A DNA stretch of 64,000 bases from Entomortierella parvispora E1425 (Eukaryota > Fungi > Mortierellomycota), in NCBI GenBank assembly GCA_020891255.1, contig BQFW01000002.1, forward strand, positions 3,224,001 to 3,288,000, in the 5' to 3' direction. Below the pieces are notes generated by a model that was given only the letters and a program-made list of their open reading frames with translations, searched no databases and had not been told where the DNA came from. Shown piece by piece: positions 12,367-24,734 of the stretch; position 1 is the stretch's first letter, and each line of letters begins with the position of its first letter. A program made the translations under genes and the position numbers.

Positions 12367-12919
12367 TACTAGCGTGATACCAATTGGACGGGATATGAGG
12401 ACGGAGGGATCAATTGAAGAGCGGGGGGATCAATTGAGGACTGGGCTTTTGGTGTAGAAGAGGGAATAGCTGTTAGTTTCCATGGCCAGAGCGTGCTAGT
12501 TCATATATTCGTGTCCATGAAGGCGTACCTGGAGCACTTTTCTCAGCGAAAACAAATAACCTGAGAGACGGGGAACGGCGGAGGCGCTTTGTATGAAGGT
12601 CGTCAAGAGAGCGAGAACGCACTGAGAGTGGAAGATTGCGATGGAAACAGGGGAATGGGAGGGGAATGGGAGTGGAATGGCAAGGCGACCATAGATTAAT
12701 GGTGCGAGATGAGGTGAATGATGAAGGGAGGATGAGCAAAACTGAGCTGTTTTTCGACTTTGCCGTTATTTTTTTGACAGAGCTCTGCAGGGTCATAGTG
12801 GAAACCTTACTTGCCGACCAGCCCCTCTAGAGGTTTTCAGTGAGAGCTGCCTAAAAAGGCAGGTGCGTCAGCACTTGTGACTCTCCTGTGAACCGGCGGA
12901 GGGGATGGTGACGAGACTA
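12367..12919 (-). repeat. Right terminal inverted repeat (553 bp)
   Basis: Reverse complement of 6668-7220. Confidence 0.95.
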
Positions 12920-12928
12920 CCCATTTCC
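12920..12928. repeat. Right 9-bp target-site duplication (CCCATTTCC)
   Basis: Identical to 6659-6667. Confidence 0.95.
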
Positions 12929-13615
12929 AAGGAAAATAAATAAAATTCACTTGGCACAAACACAGCAAGAGGGCCAAGAAAAAGGGTTCTCAAGAAATCT
13001 CAAGAGAAGCAAGTGCGCCGTTGGCGGCGTGCTCATCCAGCTCTTGTGCGACAGATCAAATGGCCTGGAAGGAGTTCTCCGCCGCCACGCTTGCATTTCT
13101 CCCAATACCTATAGCTCCGAGCTCCCGCCCTAGCCTCTTTGCCAATCGCTGAGCAATAATGAGGCTTCCTCCGATTCAAGAGTCTGTTCAAAAAAGTCTT
13201 TGCTGCCATTCATGCTGGGTCCAGTCCATTTTTTTTATTATTCTGGGTGAGCGTGTCGAGAAAGTAAAGGGCACAGGGCAACGGCGAGCAACACGTAAAA
13301 GAGTTGGAAAAAAATATTCGTCCTGGATCGAGATATCGCATGCGCCACCATCAAGAAGAAGGCTGAAATAAAAGAAAAGGACACACCTCTCCTCCAGTTC
13401 ATTGGCCACCTGCGATGATCATCCGTGGTGGAGGTGAGCTCTATTGTCAGAGGTGAATGTCTACCACGCTCAGATCCTCCCTCCCGCACCTCTGGGTCTT
13501 CTTGCACTCCAAGATTTGCAATCGTTTTGTCACTGTCGTTGTCATCCAGACTATCCATGCAGCCCACTTTTCCTCCTCCAATGCCCCTCCTTTTGCCCTT
13601 GATTCCGCCGGCTTC

Positions 13616-15348
13616 TCAACTCGTCTCTTCTAGAAAAGTCGAAAGCTTCCATCTCGTAGGTGCCTAAACGATCATGGGCAAATACATGTCAGTAAAGATC
13701 CAGAAAAGCGGCAAGAGCGACTATGAAAAAAAACAGCACCTGTTTGTCATCGGCTCCTATAGTTACCTTGATTCCACGTTTCACCTTGGTGCTGTCTATC
13801 ATAAGTTGGTCACGTACGAGTGTTGCTTGCTTGACTATGGTCAACAGTGCGGGTTCACACGACATGCCATTACAACCTATAGTGTGTGACGGGATTTGTT
13901 TAGAGCCGGATGGGGAACCAAAGCACCTGCGATTGTCCAAATCTTGCTTGTCCTCAAGAGTGTCTGTCCCTCCAGTGAACCAAAGACTTACCTAGAACTG
14001 CGCTATTCATAATATCGGCTAAATGGTCCCGCGCTTCTTGGTTCATAAGATGGCCACGTGGAGCCTCCTCTGGCTTTGGGTACGCAATGACTGATACTGT
14101 CTCTACCATGTGGGTTTCATAATGATCTTTGCCTTCTGGGTCAAGTCGAGTGAAATCTGCGACGACCTGCTGTGCAAACATAAGGGCTTCTGGTCCTGGA
14201 TCAGTCTTGACCATTTCGATGAATTTTTGACATTGTAGCTTGAAATTCATATGGATCGATGCTGGTGTGGTCAAGTGGCTGTTGGGGTCGATTGACAAGA
14301 CTCCTGGAAAGGCCGAGTTGCAGAGCTCCATGGCTGGCCCGATATCGCCGTGCGAGATCAATGAGCGGATAGCTATATTTGTAAAAAGAAAAAGGTGACA
14401 GGTGAGAATGGGAATGTCTAGCAACAGGCATACAGAGTGAAAGGTCCAAAGGGCCAGAGGGAGACGAATAGTGACGATCCACTGTCCCCTTCTTGTTCAT
14501 GATCCCTCTTGTTGTGGTGCAATGTCGTCAGTCCGCCTACTGGTTTGCTCGCTTCTCTCCCCTTTGTCGGGTCTTTTTCCCTTTGTGTATGTGTGTGCCC
14601 CTGGTCCAGCCATCCCGATCCCTGGCAATAATCCCAGCCCTTGGACAAAATGGGACCAAAACATCCCTTGCATTCCCCGTGTTTTCTTTGGTTCCTTTTT
14701 GTTCCTTTCCCGTCTCGTGGATGTGAATCCTGTTGGGAATCGGGTCTCTTTTGTGGTTGCAGGGTGGCGGCAGGGGATGCCTCTGAGTGCTGACGCGACC
14801 CCTCTAATTTCATGGATCGACGCAATCGTACCTTTGCGGGTCTCGAGGTTCTTGAGCTGTTCGTCGATATGGAGTGCATGTGCCTTGTCGGCCGTGAAGG
14901 TGCCTGCGGTGAGGGTGGGTTCCTTGGATTCTGAATAGCTCTCACCCATGGGCGAATCGCCTTCGTGATCCAGTCGATTGTCGTCCTGGTCGTCCTCCTC
15001 GGTTTCCATCATGGTCCCTTCGTTGCTTCTCCGTAGACTTTCGTCAGAGGCATTCCGGGTCATGAGCCCTCCTTGAATGTGACTAGCCGCATGGTCACCA
15101 TTGCGATGAGCACCATTGCTGTGGTTGTGGTGGAGGGATGCCTTGCCATTGCGGCCCTTGCTCTCCTTTTTAGGGAGGAGGCCCTTCCGCAGGTCAGAGA
15201 CGTCTTTGACGGCGTCGAGGTCGTCCTTCATGAACGCACGCGCAGTCTCGCCGTAGCAGTTGTGGAGGAGATAGTCCAAGACAAGCTGCCGCGGGATGGC
15301 GGTATCAATCTTGCTATTGGAGGTTTGAATGTCGGCGTCCATGTCCAT
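13616..15348 (-). CDS. LisH/CTLH/CRA domain protein (GID/CTLH E3 ligase subunit-like, GID8/RanBPM class)
   Basis: LisH: LVLDYLLHNCYGETARAF. CTLH: IRSLISHGDIGPAMELC...FKLQCQKFIEMV. CRA: VIAYPKPEEAPRGHLMNQEARDHLADIMNSAVL|GCNGMSCEPALLTIVKQ. Four exons. Confidence 0.8.
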
Positions 15349-15623
15349 GGCTGCTTTAGAGAAGGACTGGAATGAAAGTTGGGACGACAAGGCTGGAGAG
15401 CGAGGTTGGAAGGAAGGAAGGAAGGAGGGAAGGAAGGAAAAGGATAAAAGAGAAGAGGGATAAGAGAAAAGAGAAAAGGGCAATGGAGGGAAATGAGAGG
15501 AGGAATGAGAAGGGAATGCCAGAAGGGAGGAATGAGAACGATATAAAGAAGGGAAGGGGACAAGGAGAAGGAATGGAAGGAGTGTGGTTTTGGGGGGAAT
15601 GAACAAGACCGAGAAGGAAGAAT

Positions 15624-15673
15624 GAATTGAATTGAACTGAACTGAACTGAATTGAATTGAATTGAACTGAATG
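15624..15673. repeat. Pentanucleotide microsatellite (GAAYT)x10
   Basis: Ten consecutive GAATT/GAACT-type units upstream of the LisH gene. Confidence 0.9.
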
Positions 15674-17042
15674 CAGTACGAGAGAAGGAAGCATGGGCCC
15701 ATTGTTCTCTGTTTTCATTCTTTCTTCAATTTGCATTGCATTTTGCATGGCATGCAGACATTGCATACATTGTCCCTGGGGTGCTGAAACTTCTTTCTTT
15801 CTTTCTTTCTTTTTTGCTTTCCTACAAGCACACCATAGCCACACCCCCCATGGACTCACACCTATATACATGCACACATACACCATGGACACACACACAT
15901 AACATACACACCCGCCCATAAGACACACTCCCAGAACAGACACTGAACAGACACAAAAGGGGCCCTTTGGACAACAACAGGGGATAAGACCATCATCCAT
16001 CCCTCTCGGGTCACGCCTTTGGGTCCTGACTCTTTACCTTTGTACATATGAGCAACCAAGGATCCACCCGCGTGACATGATTTTATCTTCGTATACGTAT
16101 ACGCGCTGTCTTGGTCCAGACATCCCCGCGTCTGCCACGCGTGTGGCCATATTGCAGTGGCCATGTTGTAGTGGCCATGGACATCATGACGGGCAAGTCT
16201 GTTCCTCTCGACCTCCTTCGTGCTTCGCCCAATTTTCAATCTTCCTTCAAGAGAATCGACCGCCGTCCTCCTTCTTGTTCTGTTCTATTCGACAGTCTAT
16301 CAGTCTATCCGAGGATCATCCACAGTCTGACGCGTATGTGGTATCCAGCAAGGTCATGCTTATAGCCAGCATCCGAGAAAAGACCTTGTGTCGAGAACTA
16401 CATCCTTCGACAACAGGTACAACAGGCAAAAGAACAACGGCGCTCATCTTTCCCTCCACCGTCGGACGATGACCAGGCGCCACCAAAGGACATGCGCCAC
16501 CAAAAACATGCTCCACCTGTCATGAAATCACTCATTGCATGTCGCCATGATTCCATGACGCCCTCCATCCTTGAAACTCTGTGTCTATACAGATTCGCCA
16601 TGTTCAGCAACATTATCGAGGTGACTGAGCTCACAGAGTAGGAGGCACAATAGCGGTGGGCTGTCAGCCACCCACTTCGTCGCACGAAAGACTGCATGGC
16701 GAAGCAAGCAGTGATTGCGTCGACTCACACGGGAAGAACAAGCATGGGAAGGACATACGGCCACTCTTTGGACAAGTTTTGTTTCCTTCCTTCACCTTCC
16801 ACCCCTCGTTCACCCACATCCTGCTACAGTTTCGGCGTTGCCCTTTTGTGCTAATCCATTTTTGCTCTTGTTGTCGGAACGAGTGCATGTCAACAGCCAG
16901 CATATCCAATAACTCCCAAGGTATCGTCGTCACCATCACCTTCACCTTCACCACTACCACCACTACCAATGGCCCCAGAAGATACATAGCAGGGAGAACT
17001 ATCTGATGCTTACCTCATACATATCTTGATGATAGGATCAAC

Positions 17043-20000
17043 ATGCCGTTTTCGGTACAAGATGCTTTGAGGCGGGCAAGAGCTCACATTGAGGCTGCTC
17101 GAGAGGTTGGAAGCTCGAAACAAACAGTCATCACGCACTATCGCGCTGCCAAATCTGCCCTTTGTAAAGTCGGTGACATGGAAACGAATCTTGAATCTTT
17201 GAAGGAGGTGATTGCAGCGTTCCAAGAGCTCGCCGTGGTTTTGGACCATTCGGAAGAACAGGAGAGGGCTGTCAAGTGCAGGCAGAGAGCAGAAACTATG
17301 AGGTAGGTTGTTCCTCTTATTTCTTCCAAGTACTGAGTGGGTGACTCAAGATATCCAACTGACAACAGTTCTACGCTAGGAAAAAACTTGACGGGAGAAT
17401 GAGGCTCTTTGCAGCCGCCATTGCACCGTCTTTGATCGGGCCAGGATTCTCACAGCCCATCGCACAGGCAGGAGCGGCGCATTGGAGTTCATTAGCATCG
17501 TTAAGCAGCACCCCATCTACTGTAACCACAGTCAGCACTTCTACGGCGACCTGTATCAACCCTGTTCTGGCACATCGACCGCTGTCTCCAGCTATCTCCC
17601 GAGAGGCCACATCTTGCTCAGCCTCCACCACGGTCACGAAGTCTCTGTTGTTCTTTAGCAATGATGTGAAGCCAGTACTCTCTATCTGCCCCCTGCCTTG
17701 TCCAGGCGAGCCACTGCAAACTACCCGCCAACTCGCCTATTGTCTCGCTTTGTTGCAAACCCCTGACCAGGAAGAGAATCTCCCTCTCGAAGTTCTGGAA
17801 TATCGACAACGTATCTTGGACAACCCTGATGAAAAGAGTCGCTTGGAATCCATGTCTGGTCAAATCATCCAGGCGTTTAAAAAGGATTCCATGAAGGACG
17901 CTGCTGCAGTTGCCGAGGTTGTCGAGTTGGCGCCTGTGCTCAATGGTGACCAGTCTCGGTTTCTCTTCACGACCTTCATCGACACTATGAACCAGTCTGA
18001 GATCCTGCATTTGCATTCAGTGGAAGGGTTGGCCAAGGTAATTCATGAAGCCGCACCAGGATCCATCGACTCGGACGATCTCGTGAGGATCCTTCGTTCT
18101 CTTCATAACAAACTTCAATCAACCCACTCGGAGAGCAATCGGAATCGATGTCTCCTGCTGTCAGCAGTTTCACGAGTTCTGGATGCGATGGGGGATGCTC
18201 ATGTCGGAGATGTCGACCGTGTCAACCTCCACGAGCCACTGACGGATCTACTTCGGGAATCCGAGTCAAGCGAGTGTCCTTACTTGACTTTCCAAGCAGC
18301 CTATGCCACTCAGGCGTTGTTGAACGTGTCAGATGATGAAAACATCTGGCATGCAGGATTCAGACGAGGATGGCTAGTATTGAAAGGAGGAGCAGGATTT
18401 TCCCAGATGCCAAATCCGACCGAGATTGGAGATGCACTCGAGGGTCTGGAGACACTTTACGAAGCAGGCAAAGGAAGCTACAGGATGCTCAAGGACACCA
18501 TCAGCGCAATCAGGGACCACGAAAAACCTACCTTCACAGTGAAAGAAGGTCTGAAATTCAGGAGAGCCTGGTACCGCGCACTTCGCACAGCGGAAGCATA
18601 TATCCATGCGGGTAAGCTTGTGCTGTTCAAGGATCTGGTCACTACGACGCCATGCCGACACTATCTTATGTTTCAATGGGGAGTTTGCAAATTGCTCGGA
18701 CGGTTCGCCAGTGATGCTCGATGGGATTCAGAGACGCGGCAAGAGGCGGTTGTTTTCCTTAGAGCACTCTACAAAGCTGATGGGATCTGGAAACGACATA
18801 AAGAAGTTGACCAGGCCATATTTGACGCGCTCACCGATATAGCATCGGATAGTGAAGGTATGTAATCCTTGCGCACCATTTCCTGTGATCATGTTTAACA
18901 ACTGAGTTGAGTCGAGTGTGTCCTTGCTAATTTTTCTGCTTGACTTCTGCTTCATACATAGCTGCCAGACTCCTCCTGGAAGAAATGAGACAGCACGACC
19001 CTGCACTAAAGCCGACTGCTGACCTAGACTCGCCACTTTGGAACAGCATCAGGCCTGCAAATCCGACTGTGCACGCTACACCCAATATCAAATTGCTGAA
19101 GGTTGTTCAGGATAAAAGTGTTCGACATGCAAAGCTGGAACACCTGCCTAATCTTCCAGTGGAGACTAGTCTGGCCGACATCCATTCTGCCCTCCAGAGC
19201 TACCATGCACCGGACCTTGTCATTCTTAGAGTCTCAGGAGACGAGCTGGATCTAAAGACATGCTTCGTCAATCTGGCGATCGTTGAGGCACCATTTCAAC
19301 GTCAAAAAGAAAAGAAGGATCTAAAAGAGCAAGCCGCCGTTTCTCATCGAATATTTCATCGAATTGCGAGTTTCGAAAAAATTGATAACACAGATACCCA
19401 GGCGTTGATCCCTTTGGAACAACTTTTCGACAAGCGTGAATTGCAAGGTGGGAAGGAAAGTTATCCTAGAAGGATCTTGGTGCAAGGACGGGCAGGCATT
19501 GGCAAAACAACACTGTGCAAGAGATTAGTCCATGCGCATCAAAACGGACTGTGGAGGGATCAATTTGACATCGTATTATGGCTCCCATTACGTCAGCTCA
19601 GAGGAACGAGGAGCCGTACCCTGGAGGCTCTATTCCAGGAAAAGGTTTTTATGGGTCAAGACCTGAATCAAGAACAGGCAGCATTGGCTCGTGCTCTTGC
19701 AGTGTGCACTCAGGAGGGCAGGGTTTTATTCATCTTGGACGGCTTGGATGAGATTGTCACAGATGCAGGGAGCGACGAGAACAAATCCTTCAGATCGTTC
19801 TTAAGAACCTTGCTTCATCAACAGCATGTTGTCATCACCTCAAGACCCTCTGGTTTGGACCGCAAGATTTTACCGCCCATCGATCTAGAGCTTGAAACTG
19901 TTGGATTCAGTCAACAGAATGTCGACGACTTTTTGATCAAGGTCCTTGAACCAGATGCAGCAAGGACTGTCCAGGACTTTATTCGACAAACGCCACTGAT

Positions 20001-23000
20001 CCAAGGACTCGTCAACATTCCAGTACAGCTTGACGTGATCTGCTTCAGTTGGGATTCCCTTCCAACGGAACACGTGGCAATCACCATGACAGGACTGTAT
20101 CAACTGATGGTACGACAGCTGTGGCGCAAGGATGCGATTCGACTCAAGAAGACTGCAGGCGGACAGAATCTGACAGAACGACAAATCAACAAATTGAAAG
20201 CAAAGGCAATTGATGCGCTGATGGCGACCGAACTTCAACATCTTGGGTATCTCGCCTTCAAGGGGATGACCAACAGCCACCAAATCGAGTTTGACGAAGA
20301 CGCTCTGCTCCTTGCTTTTGAGGACCTGGAAGACCAAACATCAGACAACCAGCGACTATTAGCCCCTCAACTTGTCGAGATCATGAAGCAAACCTCATTT
20401 TTGCACACGGCAGACGCTGACCTGGATTCAGGAAAGAGCGAATCTCAACAAGCATGGCATTTTCTGCATCTGACGTTTCAAGAATATTTCGCGGCAACAT
20501 GGATCGTTCGCCATTTCCAGCTCAAGCAGCCATGTTCTACAGCCGGAATGATGACCAAGGAGCAAATGACGGCTTTCGTTCACCAACACAAATACAACCC
20601 TCAATATGAGATTGTATGGACGATGGTGGCAGGGTTGCTGGAGGACAAGCCATTGAGCGACTTTTTTGGAATTTTGCAAGGAGCACCACGCGATTTGATC
20701 GGAGGTCGACATCAACAGATGCTGGCATCTTGCTTGAATGAGGCTCGGGATCGACTGGATCCAGCGGTTGCAGTAGTTTTAGAGGCGGAGTTCAAGTTCT
20801 GGCTACGCTTTGAGATGTGCAGCGGCCGGCATGCTGTTCTATACAGACTTCGACACGCTGCATCTGCTCCGCAGAAAAGCGTGTTGGGCTGTCATCCCTC
20901 TTTCCCAGATACCATTCTAATTGAGACATTGAATTCCAAGTCCGCGTGGAGAAGTCCTCTAGCTCTGACCTTAGCAGACCGTCCTACATTTTCAGATTCC
21001 GCCATCCAGTTTCTTATTACTGGACTCAAGGGTCATCTTGGCGATCTCAGGATTTGCTCAGCAATAGCACTGGCCAAACAGACCATGTTGCCAGAGACAG
21101 CTGTTCGGTCCATTGCTGCTGCGCTCAAGGACAAAAACAAGGATATCCGCGATAAAGCAGCATTGATATTACACAAGCAGGCCAAGCTGTCGGATTCAGC
21201 CGTCCAATCCCTTTTAGAGTCACTCAAGGACGAGGATGAGCGTATCAGGTCTTCATTGGCATTAGCACTGCACAGTCAGGCAGATTTGTCGGAATCGGCC
21301 GTCCTATCCCACATTACTTCGCTCAGTGATGAAGATGAGGGTGTCAGGTCTTCTGCAGCATCCGCATTAGACAAGGAGATCAAGTTTTCAGAGTCGGCTA
21401 TTCTTTCCCTTATTGCGACATTGAGTCACGATAACTGGACAGTCAGGTTTTCAGCTGCATCTATATTGGACAAGCAGTCTGCGTTGCCGGAATCTGCCAT
21501 TCAAGCACTCATGACTGTACTTGAGTATGAAAATGAGGGAGCTAAATCTTCAGCAGCATGGATTTTGGAAAAACAGCCCACATTGCCGGAAACAACCATC
21601 CACTCCCTCGTTATTGCATTCAAGAAAGAGGACGTGGGGCTCAGGTCTTCAGCAATATCGATATTGAGCAGGCAGTCCAACCTGACGGAATTTGCCATTC
21701 AGTCACTAACGGTTGCACTCAAGGAGGACGACAAGTGTACCAGATCGTTAGCAGTATTGGCATTGGGGAGGCAGTGTAGGCTACCGGAGCCAGTTATCCA
21801 GTCCCTTGTCGATGCTCTCAAAGATGACGATGAAGACATCAGATCATCCGCAGCGTTGGCATTAGGCAAACAGTCCGCCTTGCCGGAATCAGTCATCCTT
21901 TCGCTCATTACCTCGCTCAAGGACAATGATTGGATAGTCCGGTCGTCAGCCACAACAGCACTGGACAAGCAGTCCATGTTGCCCGAGTCGGCCATCCAGT
22001 CCCTCATTATCACACTTCAGGATGAGGATGACGATATCAGATCTTCAGCAGCATCGTTATTGAGAAAGCAGCCAATGTTATCAGAGTCGGCCATCTTGTC
22101 TGTCATTGGAGCGCTCAAGGACAGCAGTTGGCGAGTCACGACTCTAGTGAAGTCGATATTAGACAGGCCGTCTATATTGCCTGAATCGGCCATCTGGTCC
22201 CTCATTGCCTCACTCAATGATGAAGAGGAAGGAGTCGTGTCTTTCTCAGTATATTTACTGAGGAAGCAGTGCGCGTTACCGGAATCAGCTATTTTGTCCC
22301 TCATCACTGCACTCAGGCACACCAGTTGGAAAGTCAGAGCTTCGGCAGAATCAATATTGGTCAACCAGTCTAAGCTGCCCGAAAAAGCCCTTCAGTCCCT
22401 CATTGCTGCGCTCAAGCACAAAGAGGAGGGCGTCAGGTCCACAGCAGCGAGGGCGATAAACAGGCAATGTCCATTGCCGGAATCTGCCATCCAGTCCCTC
22501 ATTACTGTTCTCAAGGATGGCAATTTGAGCGGACCCTTGGCTGCATCGATACTGGACAATCAGTCTTCATTACCGGAATCAGCCATCCAGTCCCTCATCA
22601 CCACACTGAAGGATAAAGATGGTGGAGTCAGGTCTTCAGCAGCGATGATAATAGGCAAGCAGTCTACATTACCAGGATCTGCTATCCAGTCCCTCGTCGC
22701 CATACTCAAGGACAACGATCATGGAATTAGATCTTTGGCAGCATCGATATTCGACAGACAGACTATATTACCAGAGTCAACTATCCAGCCTCTCGTTGCT
22801 GCACTCAGTGACAAAGAGACGGGCGTCAGATCGTTAGCAGCTTCGGCACTGAGCAAGCAGTCTACATTGCCAGGATTCGCTATGCACCCTCTTATTGCAG
22901 CACTTGAGGATGAAGATGAAGGAGTTAGGTCGTCATCAGCGTTGGCACTAGGAAGCTGGGCCACATTGCCGGAATCAGCCATACAGACGCTTATTATCAC

Positions 23001-24582
23001 TCTCCATGACAACAGCAGGATAGTCAGATCAACATCGGCATTGACATTAGGAAAGCAGTCTGGAGTGTCCGAATCAGTCACCCAGTCACTCATTGCTGCG
23101 CTCGAGGATGAGGATGAAGGGGTTATGTTTTTGGCAACTTCAGCACTAAGCAATTGGACCTCACTATCAGAGTCGGCCCTCCAGTCCCTCGTTGTTACAC
23201 TCGGGGACAACAACGGGAGAGTCAGATTTTCAGCGGCATGGATATTATACAAACAGTCCATGATGCCAGGATCAGTCATCCAGTCGCTCATAGCCGCGCC
23301 CAAGGATAACAATTGGAGAGTCAGACTTGCGTCAATAGCGATTCTGGGCAAACAGTCAGGGGTGTCGGAATCGGCCATCCACCTGCTTATTGCTGCACTC
23401 AAGGATGAAGTTGATGATATCAGGACTTGCGCAGCGTCAGTACTAAGCAAGCAGTCCACTTTACCGGAGTCAGCTATCCAGTCCCTCATTGCTACACTTG
23501 ATGACGACAACTGGATAGTTGGGGTTTTGGCAGGATCAGTACTGGACAAGCAGTCGCCTTTGCCGGAATCAGCCATCCAGTCCCTCATTACTATCCTTAA
23601 GGATGAAGTGAAGGGTGTCAAGTCCTTGGCGGCATCGGTATTGGGCAAGCAGTCAGCATTACCGGAATCAGCCATCCTATACCTAACTGACAGGCTCAAA
23701 GATGGCAATTGGATAGTCAGGTCTTGGGCAGTGTCTGTTATGGAAAAACAATCTTCGTTGCCGGAATTAGCCATCCATGCCCTCGTCGGTGCGTTCGAGG
23801 ATAAGAATGAGAATGTCAGATCATCAGCAGTGTTGGCATTAAACAAGCAGTCTGTATTACCAGAGTCTGTCTTTAAGCCCCTAGTGGCTGCACTCAACGA
23901 CAAGGATGAGGACATCCGTGCTCCAGCAATGTTGGTATTGAGGCAATATTCGCTGTCGGGATCAGTCATTCAGTCGATCGTAGGTGCATTGATGGATGAA
24001 AACGAGGTTATCAGATCCTCGGCAATAGCGGTGCTTGGCACACAGTCGAGATTGCCTGACGCAGCTATCCAGCCCATCATTGCTGTGCTCAGTGATGAAA
24101 GTTTACGTGTCAGGAGAATGGCAGTCATGGCCTTGAGGATGGTACCTACATTGCCGGAATCTACCCTGCAGCTTCTCGTTACTGCACTCAAGGATGATAG
24201 TAACAATATCACGACCGAGGCGGCAGAGGCATTAAGCCGGCAGTCTGTATTGCCGACAGAAGTCATCAAGTCCCTTGTTTCTGCACTCAAGGGCCACGAG
24301 AACGTCAAGGCTCTGGTGACGGTCATCCTTCAAAAACAACACCATTCCTTGTTCACTTCACTCCCACACTTGACAAAAGATGAGATTGCCTGTCTTTATG
24401 AGCACTATCTCTTTCCTTATAGCTGCAGTCATGTTATTTCTTTGCAGGTTCAAGATGGCAAGCTGTGTTTCTATACCGAGCAAGGCGTATTGGACGTGGA
24501 TCTCGTAGACAGCGACAGGGAGGAGATCATAGCATCAGCCTTCAAAGCTGTTCAGCACAAAGCAGAGTTGTTAATACAATAA
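17043..24582 (+). CDS. Giant NLR-like protein: N-terminal helical and ARM-like region, NACHT, 34 HEAT repeats, small C-terminal domain (about 2,452 aa)
   Basis: Exons 17043-17302, 17380-18857 and 18962-24582 join in frame (7,359 nt). NACHT motifs GRAGIGKTT (Walker A), VLFILDGLDE (Walker B), VVITSRP, NIPVQLD and FLHLTFQEYFAA. Confidence 0.9.
20985..24339 (+). repeat. Coding tandem array of about 34 HEAT/PBS-lyase-like repeats, 33 aa (99 nt) period
   Basis: Consensus xxLPESAIQSLIxxLKDxxxxVRSSAAxxLxKQ, counted unit by unit in the 1880-aa ORF. Confidence 0.9.
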
Positions 24583-24734
24583 CTCAATAACTTTTTTTTT
24601 TTCATTCTTCATTGAGTGTCGAGGTGTGTCGAATATCATTAGTAGACAATGGTAAGGCATGAGTAAGGGGGATGTAAGAAGGAGGGTCGTCAGAGCGAAG
24701 GAGGAAGATATGTAAAGCTGCTCTTGAAACCAAG

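Larger units (their letters stand above)
6668..12919. mobile_element. Full-length AcademH-type (Academ superfamily) DNA transposon, 6,252 bp
   Basis: TAGT...ACTA termini, 553-bp TIRs, 9-bp TSD, and convergent RecQ-like SF2 helicase and DUF6589-type DDE transposase genes. This matches the AcademH architecture described by Kojima (Mobile DNA 2020), as recalled. Confidence 0.9.

Noticed and set aside
15349-15702. N-terminal 120-aa extension of the 401-aa LisH ORF
   Set aside because: It translates microsatellites and CT-rich leader sequence (IQFNSIQFSS, PSFLPSF). The real start is most likely ATG 15348.
19885-24326. Long antisense ORFs (up to 416 aa) opposite the HEAT array
   Set aside because: These are shadows of the repeated sense codons. 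The periodicity mirrors the 33-aa repeat and there is no independent coding signal.
20985-24339. Regular 99-nt periodicity or the 27-nt repeats at 46.5 kb as a CRISPR-like array
   Set aside because: The units are degenerate coding or low-complexity repeats with no constant repeat plus unique spacer structure, the context is eukaryotic, and no cas genes are present.
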